From contig JBBARP010000001.1 in assembly GCA_040399745.1 (NCBI GenBank), positions 138,617 through 202,616 on the forward strand: 64,000 nucleotides of DNA, read 5' to 3'. The notes beneath the pieces were generated by a model. It was given only the letters and a program-made list of their open reading frames with translations. It was not told where the DNA came from and did no database searches. This DNA comes from Bdellovibrionia bacterium. GTDB lineage: Bacteria > Bdellovibrionota > UBA1018. The position numbers were made by a program, and so were the translations under genes. Shown piece after piece: positions 8,161-17,177 of this stretch. Numbering within the stretch: the stretch's first letter is position 1; the number at the start of each line of letters is the position of its first letter.

Positions 8161-11100
8161 ATGGCGCAAACCTCCCGCCCGTTTACCCCAGTCCGTTCTG
8201 ACGTCAACCTGCCCCGGCAGGAGGAGGAAATCCTCCGTTTCTGGGACGAGCGGCGGATTTTCGAAAAATCCCTGAAAAAGGACGCAGGTCCCGAGGTCAA
8301 ACCCTACCGTTTTTACGACGGCCCGCCCTTCGCTACGGGGTTGCCCCACTACGGCCACATCCTGGCCGGTTCGATCAAAGACATTGTCCCCCGCTACTGG
8401 ACCATGAAGGGCTACTCGGTGCCCCGGCGCTTCGGTTGGGACTGCCACGGGCTACCGGTTGAGTACGAGATCAACAAGGCGCTGAAGCTGGATTCCCGGA
8501 AAGCCATTTTGGAATACGGCGTGGACAAGTACAACGCCGCCTGCCGCTCGATCGTGCAGCGCTATTCGAACGAGTGGAAAGCGACCGTCCGCCGCACGGG
8601 TCGATGGATCGACATGGAAAACGCTTATTTCACGATGAGCGTCGAGTTCATGCAAAGCGTGTGGTGGGTTTTCCAAGAGCTTTGGAAAAAAGGCCTGATC
8701 TACGAAGGCCATAAAGTGGTGCCTTACTCGACGGGCGTGTCGACCGCGCTTTCGAACTTTGAAGCCAACTTGAACTACAAACAGGTTCAAGACCCAGCCG
8801 TCACCGTCACTTTCCCGGTAGACGGACAGCCCGGGGTTTCGATCCTGGCTTGGACCACGACGCCTTGGACCCTTCCTTCGAACCTGGGTCTGGCCGTTCA
8901 TCGCGACACCGATTACGTGCGAGTGAAGGAGCTCGCTTCGGGCAATCAATTCATTCTGGCGCAAGCGCTTCTCGCTTCAGTTTTCAAGGATCCCGCCAAG
9001 GACGTCGAAGTGCTCGAGACCGTGAAAGGCGAAAAGCTGATCGGTCTCACTTACACGCCGATCTTCGATTACTTCGCTTCGAAAAAAGCCGAAGGCGCTT
9101 TCCGCGTGATCCACTCCGATCACGTCACGACTGAAAGCGGCACGGGCGTCGTACACATGGCCCCGGCCTTTGGTGAAGAAGACTATCAAGCCTGTAAAGC
9201 GGCTGGCTTGCCGTTTGTTTGCCCGGTCGATGACGACGGGATGTTCACGAGTGATGTGCCCGATCATCAGGGCAAGCGCGTGAAGGAAGCCGACAAGGAC
9301 CTGATCGCCCAGCTGAAGCAAAAGGGCCGACTTTTCCGCCACGATACGATCACGCACTCGTATCCGTTCTGCTGGCGCTCGGACACGCCGCTCATTTACC
9401 GCGCGGTTTCGAGCTGGTTCGTCGCAGTCGAAAAGATCAAAGAGCAGCTGATCGCGAACAACAGGACCACGAACTGGGTGCCCGAGCACCTGCGCGATGG
9501 ACGCTTTGGAAACTGGCTCGAAAACGCGCGCGATTGGGCCATTTCGAGAAACCGCTTCTGGGGTACCCCGATTCCGGTGTGGCGAAACCCGGAAGGCGAG
9601 ATGATTTGCATCGGCTCTCGCGAGGAGCTCGAGCGGCTTTCGGGCAAAAAAGTGAGCGACCTTCACATGGAATTCGTGGATCAAATCGAGATCCCGTCTC
9701 CGACTGGAAAGTCGCCGCTGAAGCGAGTTTCGGAAGTTTTGGACTGCTGGTTTGAGTCGGGCTCGATGCCTTACGCGCAGTGGGGTTATCCGTTCCAGAA
9801 CGAGAAGGAATTCAAGAGCACTTATCCTGCCGACTTTATCGCGGAAGGCCTCGATCAAACGCGGGGCTGGTTCTACACCCTGATGGTGATCGGCACGGCG
9901 CTTTACGATCAAGCTCCGTTCAAGAACGTGGTCGTGAACGGTCTGGTCTTGGCCGAAGACGGCAAGAAAATGTCCAAGAGCCTGAAGAACTATCCGGACC
10001 CGAACGAGCTTCTGGATAAGCACGGTGCCGACGCGCTTCGCCTCTACATGATCGATTCGCCGGTGGTGAAAGCGCAGGAACTCAAGTTCTCGGAAACTGG
10101 CGTCGTCGATGTGGTTCGCCGCATTCTGCTGCGTTGGTGGAACTCGTACGCCTTCTTCATCAACTACGCCAATATCGACGATTTCCGCCCGAAAGGCGGC
10201 GCTCGTCAGTCGCCGAACCTTCTCGATCAGTGGATCTTGTCACGACTCAATACTCTGATTGCGAACACCGAAGCCGAGATGGCGGCTTACCGGCTTTACA
10301 ACGTCGTTCCGCAGCTTCTGCAGTTTGTGGATGATTTGACGAACACTTACATTCGTTTCAATCGCTCGCACTTCTGGGCCGACGGAATGCCCGAAGACAA
10401 GCGCTACGCTTACGAAACGCTGTATGAGGTGCTCTTGAGCTTGTCGAAGCTCATGGCTCCGTTTGCGCCTTTCTTGGCCGAATCGACTTATCAGAACTTG
10501 GCCCGCGTTCTTCCCGATGCGCGCGAATCGGTGCACTTGGAAACTTTCCCCGTTTCCGACGCCGCTTTGATTCGTCCGGAGCTGGAAGAAGCCGTTCGTG
10601 CCATGGATGCATTGGTGCAGATGGGCCGAAATCAGCGCGAAAAAATCAAAGTTCGCGCCAAGATTCCGCTCAAAAAACTCACCGTCATTCAGCGTGAAAA
10701 GCGGGTTCTTGAGAACTTGAAACGCTTTGAGCCTTATTTCCGCGACGAACTCAACGTTCGCGAAATCGTCTACGCCCATAATGAAGACGATTTTGTGCAA
10801 ATCACGGCAAAGCCTAACTTCCCAGTGCTCGGGAAGCGCGTAGGTCCGAAGATGAAAGCAGTTGCTGCCGGGATTCAGAAGCTTGGCCTTTCGGATCTGC
10901 TGAAGCTTGAGCAAGGGGGCAACGTTCAGGTTGAAGGCGAAGAGATCACTCTTTCGGATCTTCAGGTGGTTCGCGCACCCAAAGGCAATCGGCCCGATCT
11001 AGCGGTAGGTTCGGTCGTGTCCATGGAGATGGACCCCACGGTGACCGACGAGCAAGTGAAAGAGGGATTGGCGCGCGAGATTGTGCGGAAAGTTCAGGCG

Positions 11101-11325
11101 GCTCGAAAAGCGGCTGACTTCCAACTCGACGACACCATTGCTCTGGAACTGGCTTGTACGGGCGCTCTTCATGAGGCCGCCGAAGCTCATCAAGAGATGA
11201 TCTGCCGCGAAACTCTGACCCGGAAGTTTGCTTTGGTAGAGACGCCGCAAGGGAAGCACGTCGAGACCATCGACCTAGACGGTGAGTCCTTGAGCATTGG
11301 TGTCACTGCGCTTCCCCGCAATTAG
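8161..11325 (+). CDS. ileS: Isoleucine--tRNA ligase, type 2 (eukaryote/archaea-like)
   Basis: FYDGPPFATGLPHYGH, GWDCHGLP, WTTTPWTLPSN, KMSKS; C-terminal EGLAREIVRKVQ region of IleRS2 with no zinc finger. Confidence 0.97.
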   Translation: MAQTSRPFTPVRSDVNLPRQEEEILRFWDERRIFEKSLKKDAGPEVKPYRFYDGPPFATGLPHYGHILAGSIKDIVPRYWTMKGYSVPRRFGWDCHGLPVEYEINKALKLDSRKAILEYGVDKYNAACRSIVQRYSNEWKATVRRTGRWIDMENAYFTMSVEFMQSVWWVFQELWKKGLIYEGHKVVPYSTGVSTALSNFEANLNYKQVQDPAVTVTFPVDGQPGVSILAWTTTPWTLPSNLGLAVHRDTDYVRVKELASGNQFILAQALLASVFKDPAKDVEVLETVKGEKLIGLTYTPIFDYFASKKAEGAFRVIHSDHVTTESGTGVVHMAPAFGEEDYQACKAAGLPFVCPVDDDGMFTSDVPDHQGKRVKEADKDLIAQLKQKGRLFRHDTITHSYPFCWRSDTPLIYRAVSSWFVAVEKIKEQLIANNRTTNWVPEHLRDGRFGNWLENARDWAISRNRFWGTPIPVWRNPEGEMICIGSREELERLSGKKVSDLHMEFVDQIEIPSPTGKSPLKRVSEVLDCWFESGSMPYAQWGYPFQNEKEFKSTYPADFIAEGLDQTRGWFYTLMVIGTALYDQAPFKNVVVNGLVLAEDGKKMSKSLKNYPDPNELLDKHGADALRLYMIDSPVVKAQELKFSETGVVDVVRRILLRWWNSYAFFINYANIDDFRPKGGARQSPNLLDQWILSRLNTLIANTEAEMAAYRLYNVVPQLLQFVDDLTNTYIRFNRSHFWADGMPEDKRYAYETLYEVLLSLSKLMAPFAPFLAESTYQNLARVLPDARESVHLETFPVSDAALIRPELEEAVRAMDALVQMGRNQREKIKVRAKIPLKKLTVIQREKRVLENLKRFEPYFRDELNVREIVYAHNEDDFVQITAKPNFPVLGKRVGPKMKAVAAGIQKLGLSDLLKLEQGGNVQVEGEEITLSDLQVVRAPKGNRPDLAVGSVVSMEMDPTVTDEQVKEGLAREIVRKVQAARKAADFQLDDTIALELACTGALHEAAEAHQEMICRETLTRKFALVETPQGKHVETIDLDGESLSIGVTALPRN

Positions 11326-11338
11326 AGAGGGGCTTGAA

Positions 11339-12163
11339 GTGGAAGGACATCAAACCAAGCCGCCCGGAAAGGTCCACCCACGGGGCGTTCCCACGGGAAG
11401 GCCAGCTGTGGAGGGAGATCTTTCAGGGGCTTGGACGCTTGAGCCCATCGGCTGGTTTGAGTCGCCCTTTCACGAGAAATTCGGCATTCCTCGGCAATCC
11501 GGAATGGTTCAGGGCGCTCGGGGTTTCATTCGCCTGCGTGACCACGATTTCTTGGCCCAAGCCCTGAAGGGGCTGGAAAGCTTTAGCCATCTTTGGGCGC
11601 TTTGGATTTTTCACGAACACGATGCACGCGACTGGAAGCCTTCCATTCGCCCGCCGCGGTTAGGAGGCGCCAAGCGCGTCGGGGTTTTGGCCTCGCGTTC
11701 GCCGCACCGTCCGAACCCAATCGGAATGTCAGCTTTGAAGATTCTCTCCATCGATCCCAAGGCCAAAGGCGGCCCTCGCATTGAAGTGGAGGGTCTGGAT
11801 GTGATCGATGGAACGCCCGTCATCGATTTGAAGCCCTACGTGCCGTACGCCGATTGTTTTCCTGAGGCGACTTCGGGCTGGGCTGCGGGCGAAATCCCGC
11901 GCACGCCCGTGGAGTTTTCCGAAGAAGCGCGCGCTTTGCTTGCCGCGATGCCTGGCGGCGGAGCGGATTTGGAGCGCCTCATTGTCGGGGTGGTGGAACT
12001 CGATCCTCGGCCTGCGTCGCTTCGGCGCCGCGAGCCGTCTGATAGCCAAGCGGCTTTGGGATCGCGCCACGGCTTTGAGTTAAAGGGTTGGGATGTCCGC
12101 TGGGAAATCACTCCCCAGGGGTTTCGAGTTCGAGAACTCGTCCCACTCAATCGGCTTGGCTAG
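11339..12163 (+). CDS. trmO: tRNA t6A37 N6-methyltransferase TrmO (TsaA)
   Basis: KFGIPRQ, IRPPRLGG, SRSPHRPNPIG, DGTPVIDLKPY, DPRP. Start uncertain (GTG 11339 chosen). Confidence 0.9.
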   Translation: MEGHQTKPPGKVHPRGVPTGRPAVEGDLSGAWTLEPIGWFESPFHEKFGIPRQSGMVQGARGFIRLRDHDFLAQALKGLESFSHLWALWIFHEHDARDWKPSIRPPRLGGAKRVGVLASRSPHRPNPIGMSALKILSIDPKAKGGPRIEVEGLDVIDGTPVIDLKPYVPYADCFPEATSGWAAGEIPRTPVEFSEEARALLAAMPGGGADLERLIVGVVELDPRPASLRRREPSDSQAALGSRHGFELKGWDVRWEITPQGFRVRELVPLNRLG

Positions 12164-13007
12164 ATCCACCCGGGGCGGCGCCTTTTGTTGGAGCGGGACG
12201 CCGGGGTTCGGATTCCTCGCTTGATTCGGCCTCGATTTTTTTAAAAATCTTCCGGAAATGGGCCTCGCAGAGAGGCCTTTTTCGATGATTTTGAAAATAG
12301 CCTGGGCGGGTCTTGAGCTTTTGGAGCCCGAGTTCCACATTCAAGGCGGGGCAGAGCATCACGACTTTACCGAAGCACTTTCCGGTTTTTTCGATTTCAC
12401 AGTTGGCAGCACTGCCGAAGAATTCTTTGGGCGGCACTCGCACGGAATAAAAATCTCGCGAAGCGCATTTCACGAGTGCCGCTTCTGGATCCGTCCTCAT
12501 CAAATCCCGGTACTCAGTGAAAATGCGCCGCGTCCCGCCTGAAGAGTCTGTGGTCAGAACGTTGGACGATTGCTGCATCATTCCGAAGTTCGTCTCCGAA
12601 TTGTAGTCCATGGGCCGGGGGCGGCTTAAGCTTCGGCGAACTTCCGTGGTTTCCCACTTGGAGGTGTTGGCTCCAGGCCTTCCCCACTCAAAAGGCCTTC
12701 TCGCAGAGGTTCCTTGCATATCGGTGACGCAAGTGGGGTCACCTCCTGACTCGGCGATGATGAGGGGTAAAATTCTCGAAGCTCGGATGGACCGAGCAAT
12801 GAAGGTTTCTTCTTTGAACCTTCGATTCGCCGCCATCGCCGTTAATTGCACCAGTCGCGGAGCGACGGTGTACTGACCCGCGCAGCATTCTTGCTTCGGG
12901 TCGCATGAAGCCCTTGCCCAGGCTGGAATCAGAATCGCAGAAGCCGCGACAGCAAAAATGGACCAAAATGCGGCAGCGGCCTTCCTGGCGCGCAGCTGGC
13001 GGATCAA
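12147..13007 (-). CDS. Secreted Cys-rich protein, probable divergent lytic transglycosylase (SLT/lysozyme-like fold)
   Basis: Signal peptide ending AWARA; IIAESGGDP, FGMMQ and PALNVELG resemble SLT motifs. Confidence 0.55.
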   Translation of the reverse strand: MIRQLRARKAAAAFWSIFAVAASAILIPAWARASCDPKQECCAGQYTVAPRLVQLTAMAANRRFKEETFIARSIRASRILPLIIAESGGDPTCVTDMQGTSARRPFEWGRPGANTSKWETTEVRRSLSRPRPMDYNSETNFGMMQQSSNVLTTDSSGGTRRIFTEYRDLMRTDPEAALVKCASRDFYSVRVPPKEFFGSAANCEIEKTGKCFGKVVMLCPALNVELGLQKLKTRPGYFQNHRKRPLCEAHFRKIFKKIEAESSEESEPRRPAPTKGAAPGGSSQAD

Positions 13008-13019
13008 ATGGCGATTCTC

Positions 13020-14231
13020 CTAGTGAGTTTGCGGCTGGGCTAAAGTGAGAGTGGATGGACCACGATCTCGATTCAACCCCTGAGGAGTAGTTTCACGGTT
13101 GGACGCCATGGCTGCAACAAAACTCTGAATCAATCCCGCAGCGTCGTGCGGGCCGGGACTTGCTTCGGGGTGGAACTGAACTGAAAAGGCGGGCGCTCCA
13201 CTCCAAGTCGATTCCAGGCCTGAAACCGTGCGATCGTTCAGATGAAGGTAGGTAATACGCGCGGCACTTCCCAAAGAAGCCAGATCCACGGCGTAGCCAT
13301 GGTTTTGAGAAGTGATCAGGACGCGGCCCGTATCTTTTTCTAGGACGGGTTGATTGCCGCCGCGGTGACCAAACTTGAGCTTGTAGGTGCGTCCGCCGAG
13401 CGCCAGTCCCAGAACTTGGTGCCCCATGCAAACCCCGAAGATCGGGACTTGGCCGAGGAGTTCGCGAACCGTTTTCACCGGGCCTTCAGCCATTGATGGG
13501 TCGCCAGGGCCATTCGAAAGAAAGACCCCGTCTGGCTGAAGACTTTGGATTTTCTCTAGGCTTGAAGTTGCGGGAAGGACCGTGACGTCACAACCGGCCG
13601 AGGAGAGAAGCCTGAGCAAGTTCTCTTTGATTCCGAAATCGAGCGCCACCACGCGGTAGGGGCTTTGTCCTTTGTTCTTGGCTGGGACAAAACGCTCGGT
13701 ATCGGGGGGCGCCGCACGCGAAAGCCAGTCTTGGGCTGCAGGCGAAGGCAAACGGGCGATGAGCTCACGGAAGCGGTGGCGATCGGCCTCAAGAAGCAGC
13801 ATGGCGCGGGTCACGCCCTGCGAGCGCAGGTGACGCGTCAGGGCGCGCGTGTTCACTCCGGTGATCGCAGGCAGGCGATGGTGGGTCAGCCATTCCACGA
13901 GCGAGCGAGTCTTTCGCCAGTTCGATGGCTTCAGGCAAAGTTCTTCGACCACAAGGCCCGAGCAAAGCGGGCGAGAGCTTTCCCAGTCCTCTTCATTCAC
14001 GCCCGTGTTGCCGATGTGCGGCTGGGTGAAGACCACGAGCTGGCCTGCATACGATGGATCAGTCAGAATTTCTTGATAGCCGGTCAGTGACGTATTGAAG
14101 ACCGCTTCCCCGTGACCCACGAAGTTCTCGTAGTTCAGGAATTCAGCTCCAAATAATTCACCGGGAAAAGCCAACCCCTCGGGGTTTTCACCGTCTTCGA
14201 GAACCAGGAATCCGCGCTGGAATTGGCTCAT
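13020..14231 (-). CDS. carA: Carbamoyl-phosphate synthase small subunit
   Basis: GEAVFNTSLTGYQEILTDPSY, LSNGPGDP, GVCMGHQ, SQNHG, QFHPE. Confidence 0.95.
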   Translation of the reverse strand: MSQFQRGFLVLEDGENPEGLAFPGELFGAEFLNYENFVGHGEAVFNTSLTGYQEILTDPSYAGQLVVFTQPHIGNTGVNEEDWESSRPLCSGLVVEELCLKPSNWRKTRSLVEWLTHHRLPAITGVNTRALTRHLRSQGVTRAMLLLEADRHRFRELIARLPSPAAQDWLSRAAPPDTERFVPAKNKGQSPYRVVALDFGIKENLLRLLSSAGCDVTVLPATSSLEKIQSLQPDGVFLSNGPGDPSMAEGPVKTVRELLGQVPIFGVCMGHQVLGLALGGRTYKLKFGHRGGNQPVLEKDTGRVLITSQNHGYAVDLASLGSAARITYLHLNDRTVSGLESTWSGAPAFSVQFHPEASPGPHDAAGLIQSFVAAMASNRETTPQGLNRDRGPSTLTLAQPQTH

Positions 14232-14292
14232 CGAGAGTCGATGTAACCAGAAAAGCTGCGCCGAGTCACTAACAAAGGCCCCGAGACCTCGC

Positions 14293-15597
14293 TCAGAGGG
14301 TGATGATTTTTCCTTGAAGGATCGTTTCCCGGACCTTGCCCTTCATTTCAGAGCCCATCCAAGGGGTGTTATGGCTCTTAGAATGAAGTTCGCTGGCCTG
14401 AAGCCGCCAGGAGTGGCTGGGGTCGATCAAGGTGATGTCGGCAAAGCGCCCTTTTTGAAGGGTGCCCAGCGGCTGACCAATCAGTCGCGCAGGTGCCTGA
14501 GTCAAGCTTTGCACCCACCGCAAAGGGGACATGAGCCCCTGATGAACGAGATCTAATGTGACGGGGACCGCCGTTTGGAGCCCCAAGATTCCGAAGGAGG
14601 CTTGGTCGAACTCGACCGCTTTATCGACGATTCCATGCGGTGCGTGGTCAGTGGCAATGAGGTCGATGACCCCGTCGGCAAGCGCTTGGCGAACAGCGCG
14701 AACGTCCGCTTCGCTGCGGAGCGGAGGCGCCATCTTGCAGCAGGTGTCATAGGTGCGGATGCAGGATTCATCGAGCGACAAGTGGTGAGGCGTGACTTCG
14801 GCCGTGACCGGAAGGCCTGCTTCTTTGGCGCGTCTCACATGTTCGACTGCCAAGGCGGTTGATAAATGCGCGATGTGTACTGGGCAGCGGGTCAGTCGGC
14901 AAAGAGCGATTTCTCGCGCCACCAAGATTTCCTCGGCTGCGGCTGGATTTCCGCGAAGACCGAGTTCATTTGACAGCGCTCCTTCGTTCATCACGCCTTG
15001 GCCCACTAGGTTCAGGTCCTCGGCATGCGAAATCACGGGAATCCCGAAGGCCTTGGCGTAATCCATCGCCTTTCGCATCAGGTAGCTGTTCATGACGGGC
15101 ATGCCGTCGTCTGAGATGGCAACGGCACCTTCAGCTACCATTCCGCCAATTTCGGCTAAGGCTTCGCCCTTCAGTCCTTGCGTGACTGCGCCGATGGGGA
15201 AAACCCGGCAAGCCGCCGTGGCTTTGGCTTTCTCGCGAATGAAAGCGGTGACGTAAGGGGTGTCATTGACGGGCTGAGTGTTGGCCATGCAAGCCACGGC
15301 AGTGAAACCACCAGCGACGGCTGCGCGCGTTCCGGTCTGAATGGTTTCTTTGTATTCAAGACCTGGCTCGCGCAGGTGCACGTGCACATCGATCAGGCCT
15401 GGAGTGACCCAAAGCCCCTTGGCATCAAGCTCTCGCGGTGCCTTGTCGCGGGGAATCGTTCCAGGCGCTTCGATGGCGCGGATCAAGCCGTCTTCGACCC
15501 AAACGTCAGCCACTTGATCGAGGTTTTGTGAGGCGTCTAAAACTCGCCCGCCACGAATGATCAGGGTCTCGCCTCTTCCGTTTCCAATCCCACTCAT
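14293..15597 (-). CDS. pyrC: Dihydroorotase
   Basis: DVHVHLREPG, HAED, EVTPHHL, ATDHAPH. Confidence 0.95.
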   Translation of the reverse strand: MSGIGNGRGETLIIRGGRVLDASQNLDQVADVWVEDGLIRAIEAPGTIPRDKAPRELDAKGLWVTPGLIDVHVHLREPGLEYKETIQTGTRAAVAGGFTAVACMANTQPVNDTPYVTAFIREKAKATAACRVFPIGAVTQGLKGEALAEIGGMVAEGAVAISDDGMPVMNSYLMRKAMDYAKAFGIPVISHAEDLNLVGQGVMNEGALSNELGLRGNPAAAEEILVAREIALCRLTRCPVHIAHLSTALAVEHVRRAKEAGLPVTAEVTPHHLSLDESCIRTYDTCCKMAPPLRSEADVRAVRQALADGVIDLIATDHAPHGIVDKAVEFDQASFGILGLQTAVPVTLDLVHQGLMSPLRWVQSLTQAPARLIGQPLGTLQKGRFADITLIDPSHSWRLQASELHSKSHNTPWMGSEMKGKVRETILQGKIITL

Positions 15598-16502
15598 GAC
15601 ATCACCTTTGCCAACACAGCCATCCGGACCAGTACGCCGTTTGTGACTTGATCGAGAATCACCGAGCGCGGACCATCGGCAACTTCGGGATCCATCTCGA
15701 CTCCCCGGTTGATGGGGCCAGGGTGCAAGACGATCGCCTCTTTTTTTAGCAGTGCGGCGCGCTCAGAGCTGAGCCCCCAGATTCGGGAGTATTCCGCAAG
15801 CGAAGGAATCTGCATCCGGTTTTGGCGCTCCAGCTGAATGCGCAAACACATGACTACATCCGCGTCGGGCAGGAGACGCTCCAAACGGTAGGCGTGATCG
15901 ACGCCGAGAATTTCCGGATTGGGCGGCAGCAGAGTGGGAGGGCCGCAAACAGCAACCGACGCACCGAGAGTGCGAAGAAGGTGGATGTTCGAGCGCGCCA
16001 CGCGGGAGTGCGCGATGTCGCCCACGATGATCACGCGCTTTCCCTCGATCTTGCCGAGTTTTTCGCGAATCGTGAAAGCGTCGAGAAGCGCTTGGGTGGG
16101 GTGTTCGTGAAAGCCGTCGCCCGCATTGACGACGGGGATATCGAGCGAGCGCGCCAGAATAGATGGGCTGCCAGCCGAAGCATGGCGCACGACAATGCAG
16201 TGGGGTTTCAGAGCTTGAATGTTCCTTGCAGTATCGATCAAGGTCTCGCCTTTGCTGACGCTCGATCCGCTTGAGGCGAAATTCAGATTCGAGCCGCCCA
16301 GGCGTCGCGTCGCCACTTCGAACGACATCCGCGTTCGCGTGGAGTTCTCAAAGAAAAGGTTCACGATCGTTTTGCCGCTCAGAATCGAGAGATTCTTATT
16401 TTCCACCACTGTGGGGCGGAAAGCTTCGGCCTGATTCAGGAGTGCTTCGGCATCCTCACGGGAAAGGCCTTGGGTTCCTAGAAAATGGCGAAGCTGGGTC
16501 AT
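15594..16502 (-). CDS. pyrB: Aspartate carbamoyltransferase catalytic subunit
   Basis: FFENSTRT, NAGDG-HEHPTQ, HPGPINRGVE. Confidence 0.97.
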   Translation of the reverse strand: MTQLRHFLGTQGLSREDAEALLNQAEAFRPTVVENKNLSILSGKTIVNLFFENSTRTRMSFEVATRRLGGSNLNFASSGSSVSKGETLIDTARNIQALKPHCIVVRHASAGSPSILARSLDIPVVNAGDGFHEHPTQALLDAFTIREKLGKIEGKRVIIVGDIAHSRVARSNIHLLRTLGASVAVCGPPTLLPPNPEILGVDHAYRLERLLPDADVVMCLRIQLERQNRMQIPSLAEYSRIWGLSSERAALLKKEAIVLHPGPINRGVEMDPEVADGPRSVILDQVTNGVLVRMAVLAKVMS

Positions 16503-16507
16503 GACGA

Positions 16508-17173
16508 TCAGATCCTCTTCAGCAACCTTTCCCAGCGAATTCTTCGGGAAAGTGGCTCAGGGGTGTCCTGCGAGCCGGGTTTGATGGAAATCCACACAGC
16601 CCACGCGCGACCCTTGATGCGGTCTTTGGGAACGACTTCCCAAGGCGGCTGAAGGCGATTCTCGATCGGGCGACCGCGAAGATCGCCCGCCAAGAGCACC
16701 GAGTCGGCTGGAATTTGAAAGGCTTCGGTATCTTCTAGGGGTGGGTGAGACCAGCAGATGTTCCAAGGCTTCGAGCCCGAGGCCTTCTCTTCGCCGCAAG
16801 TGCCTGCCGCATAGCCGGGAGGATCGCGTTCCTCGCCGTTGACCCGCAGCCTGCCGCCTTTCCACTGAACGGTGTCTCCGCTCAGCGCAACGACACGCTT
16901 GATGGAATCGCGCCTGGCTTGGTCTGAAACTGGCGCATAAACCACGACTTCGCCTAAGTGTGGGGTGGCGCTGCGTTTCCAAGCGTAAGGAAGCTTCGAG
17001 ACAAAAAGCGTGTCCCCTGGCTCGAGCGAAGGCCGCATCGTCGAAGTGGGAATCCGGTAAGCCTCTAGGATATAGCCGCGAACCAGAAGTGCAGCGGCCA
17101 CCGCGATGACGACGGTGAGGCCGTAGTCGCGCACCAGGGTCCAGTCGAGTGAGAAGGCAGACTTCTTTGTCAC
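16508..17173 (-). CDS. lepB: Signal peptidase I family protein with degenerate active site
   Basis: N-terminal TM, YRIPTSTMRPSLEPGD, IKRVVALSGD, directly downstream of lepA. GTG start. Confidence 0.75.
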   Translation of the reverse strand: MTKKSAFSLDWTLVRDYGLTVVIAVAAALLVRGYILEAYRIPTSTMRPSLEPGDTLFVSKLPYAWKRSATPHLGEVVVYAPVSDQARRDSIKRVVALSGDTVQWKGGRLRVNGEERDPPGYAAGTCGEEKASGSKPWNICWSHPPLEDTEAFQIPADSVLLAGDLRGRPIENRLQPPWEVVPKDRIKGRAWAVWISIKPGSQDTPEPLSRRIRWERLLKRI

Positions 17174-17177
17174 GGCG

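Noticed and set aside
8064..8300. N-terminal extension of the 7422 ORF
   Set aside because: Overlaps the ileS start on the other strand and has non-protein-like composition.
8977..10023. 348-aa minus-strand ORF and similar antisense ORFs over ileS, lepA, lon, smc and ppdK
   Set aside because: All lie opposite well-supported conserved genes and lack recognisable domains.
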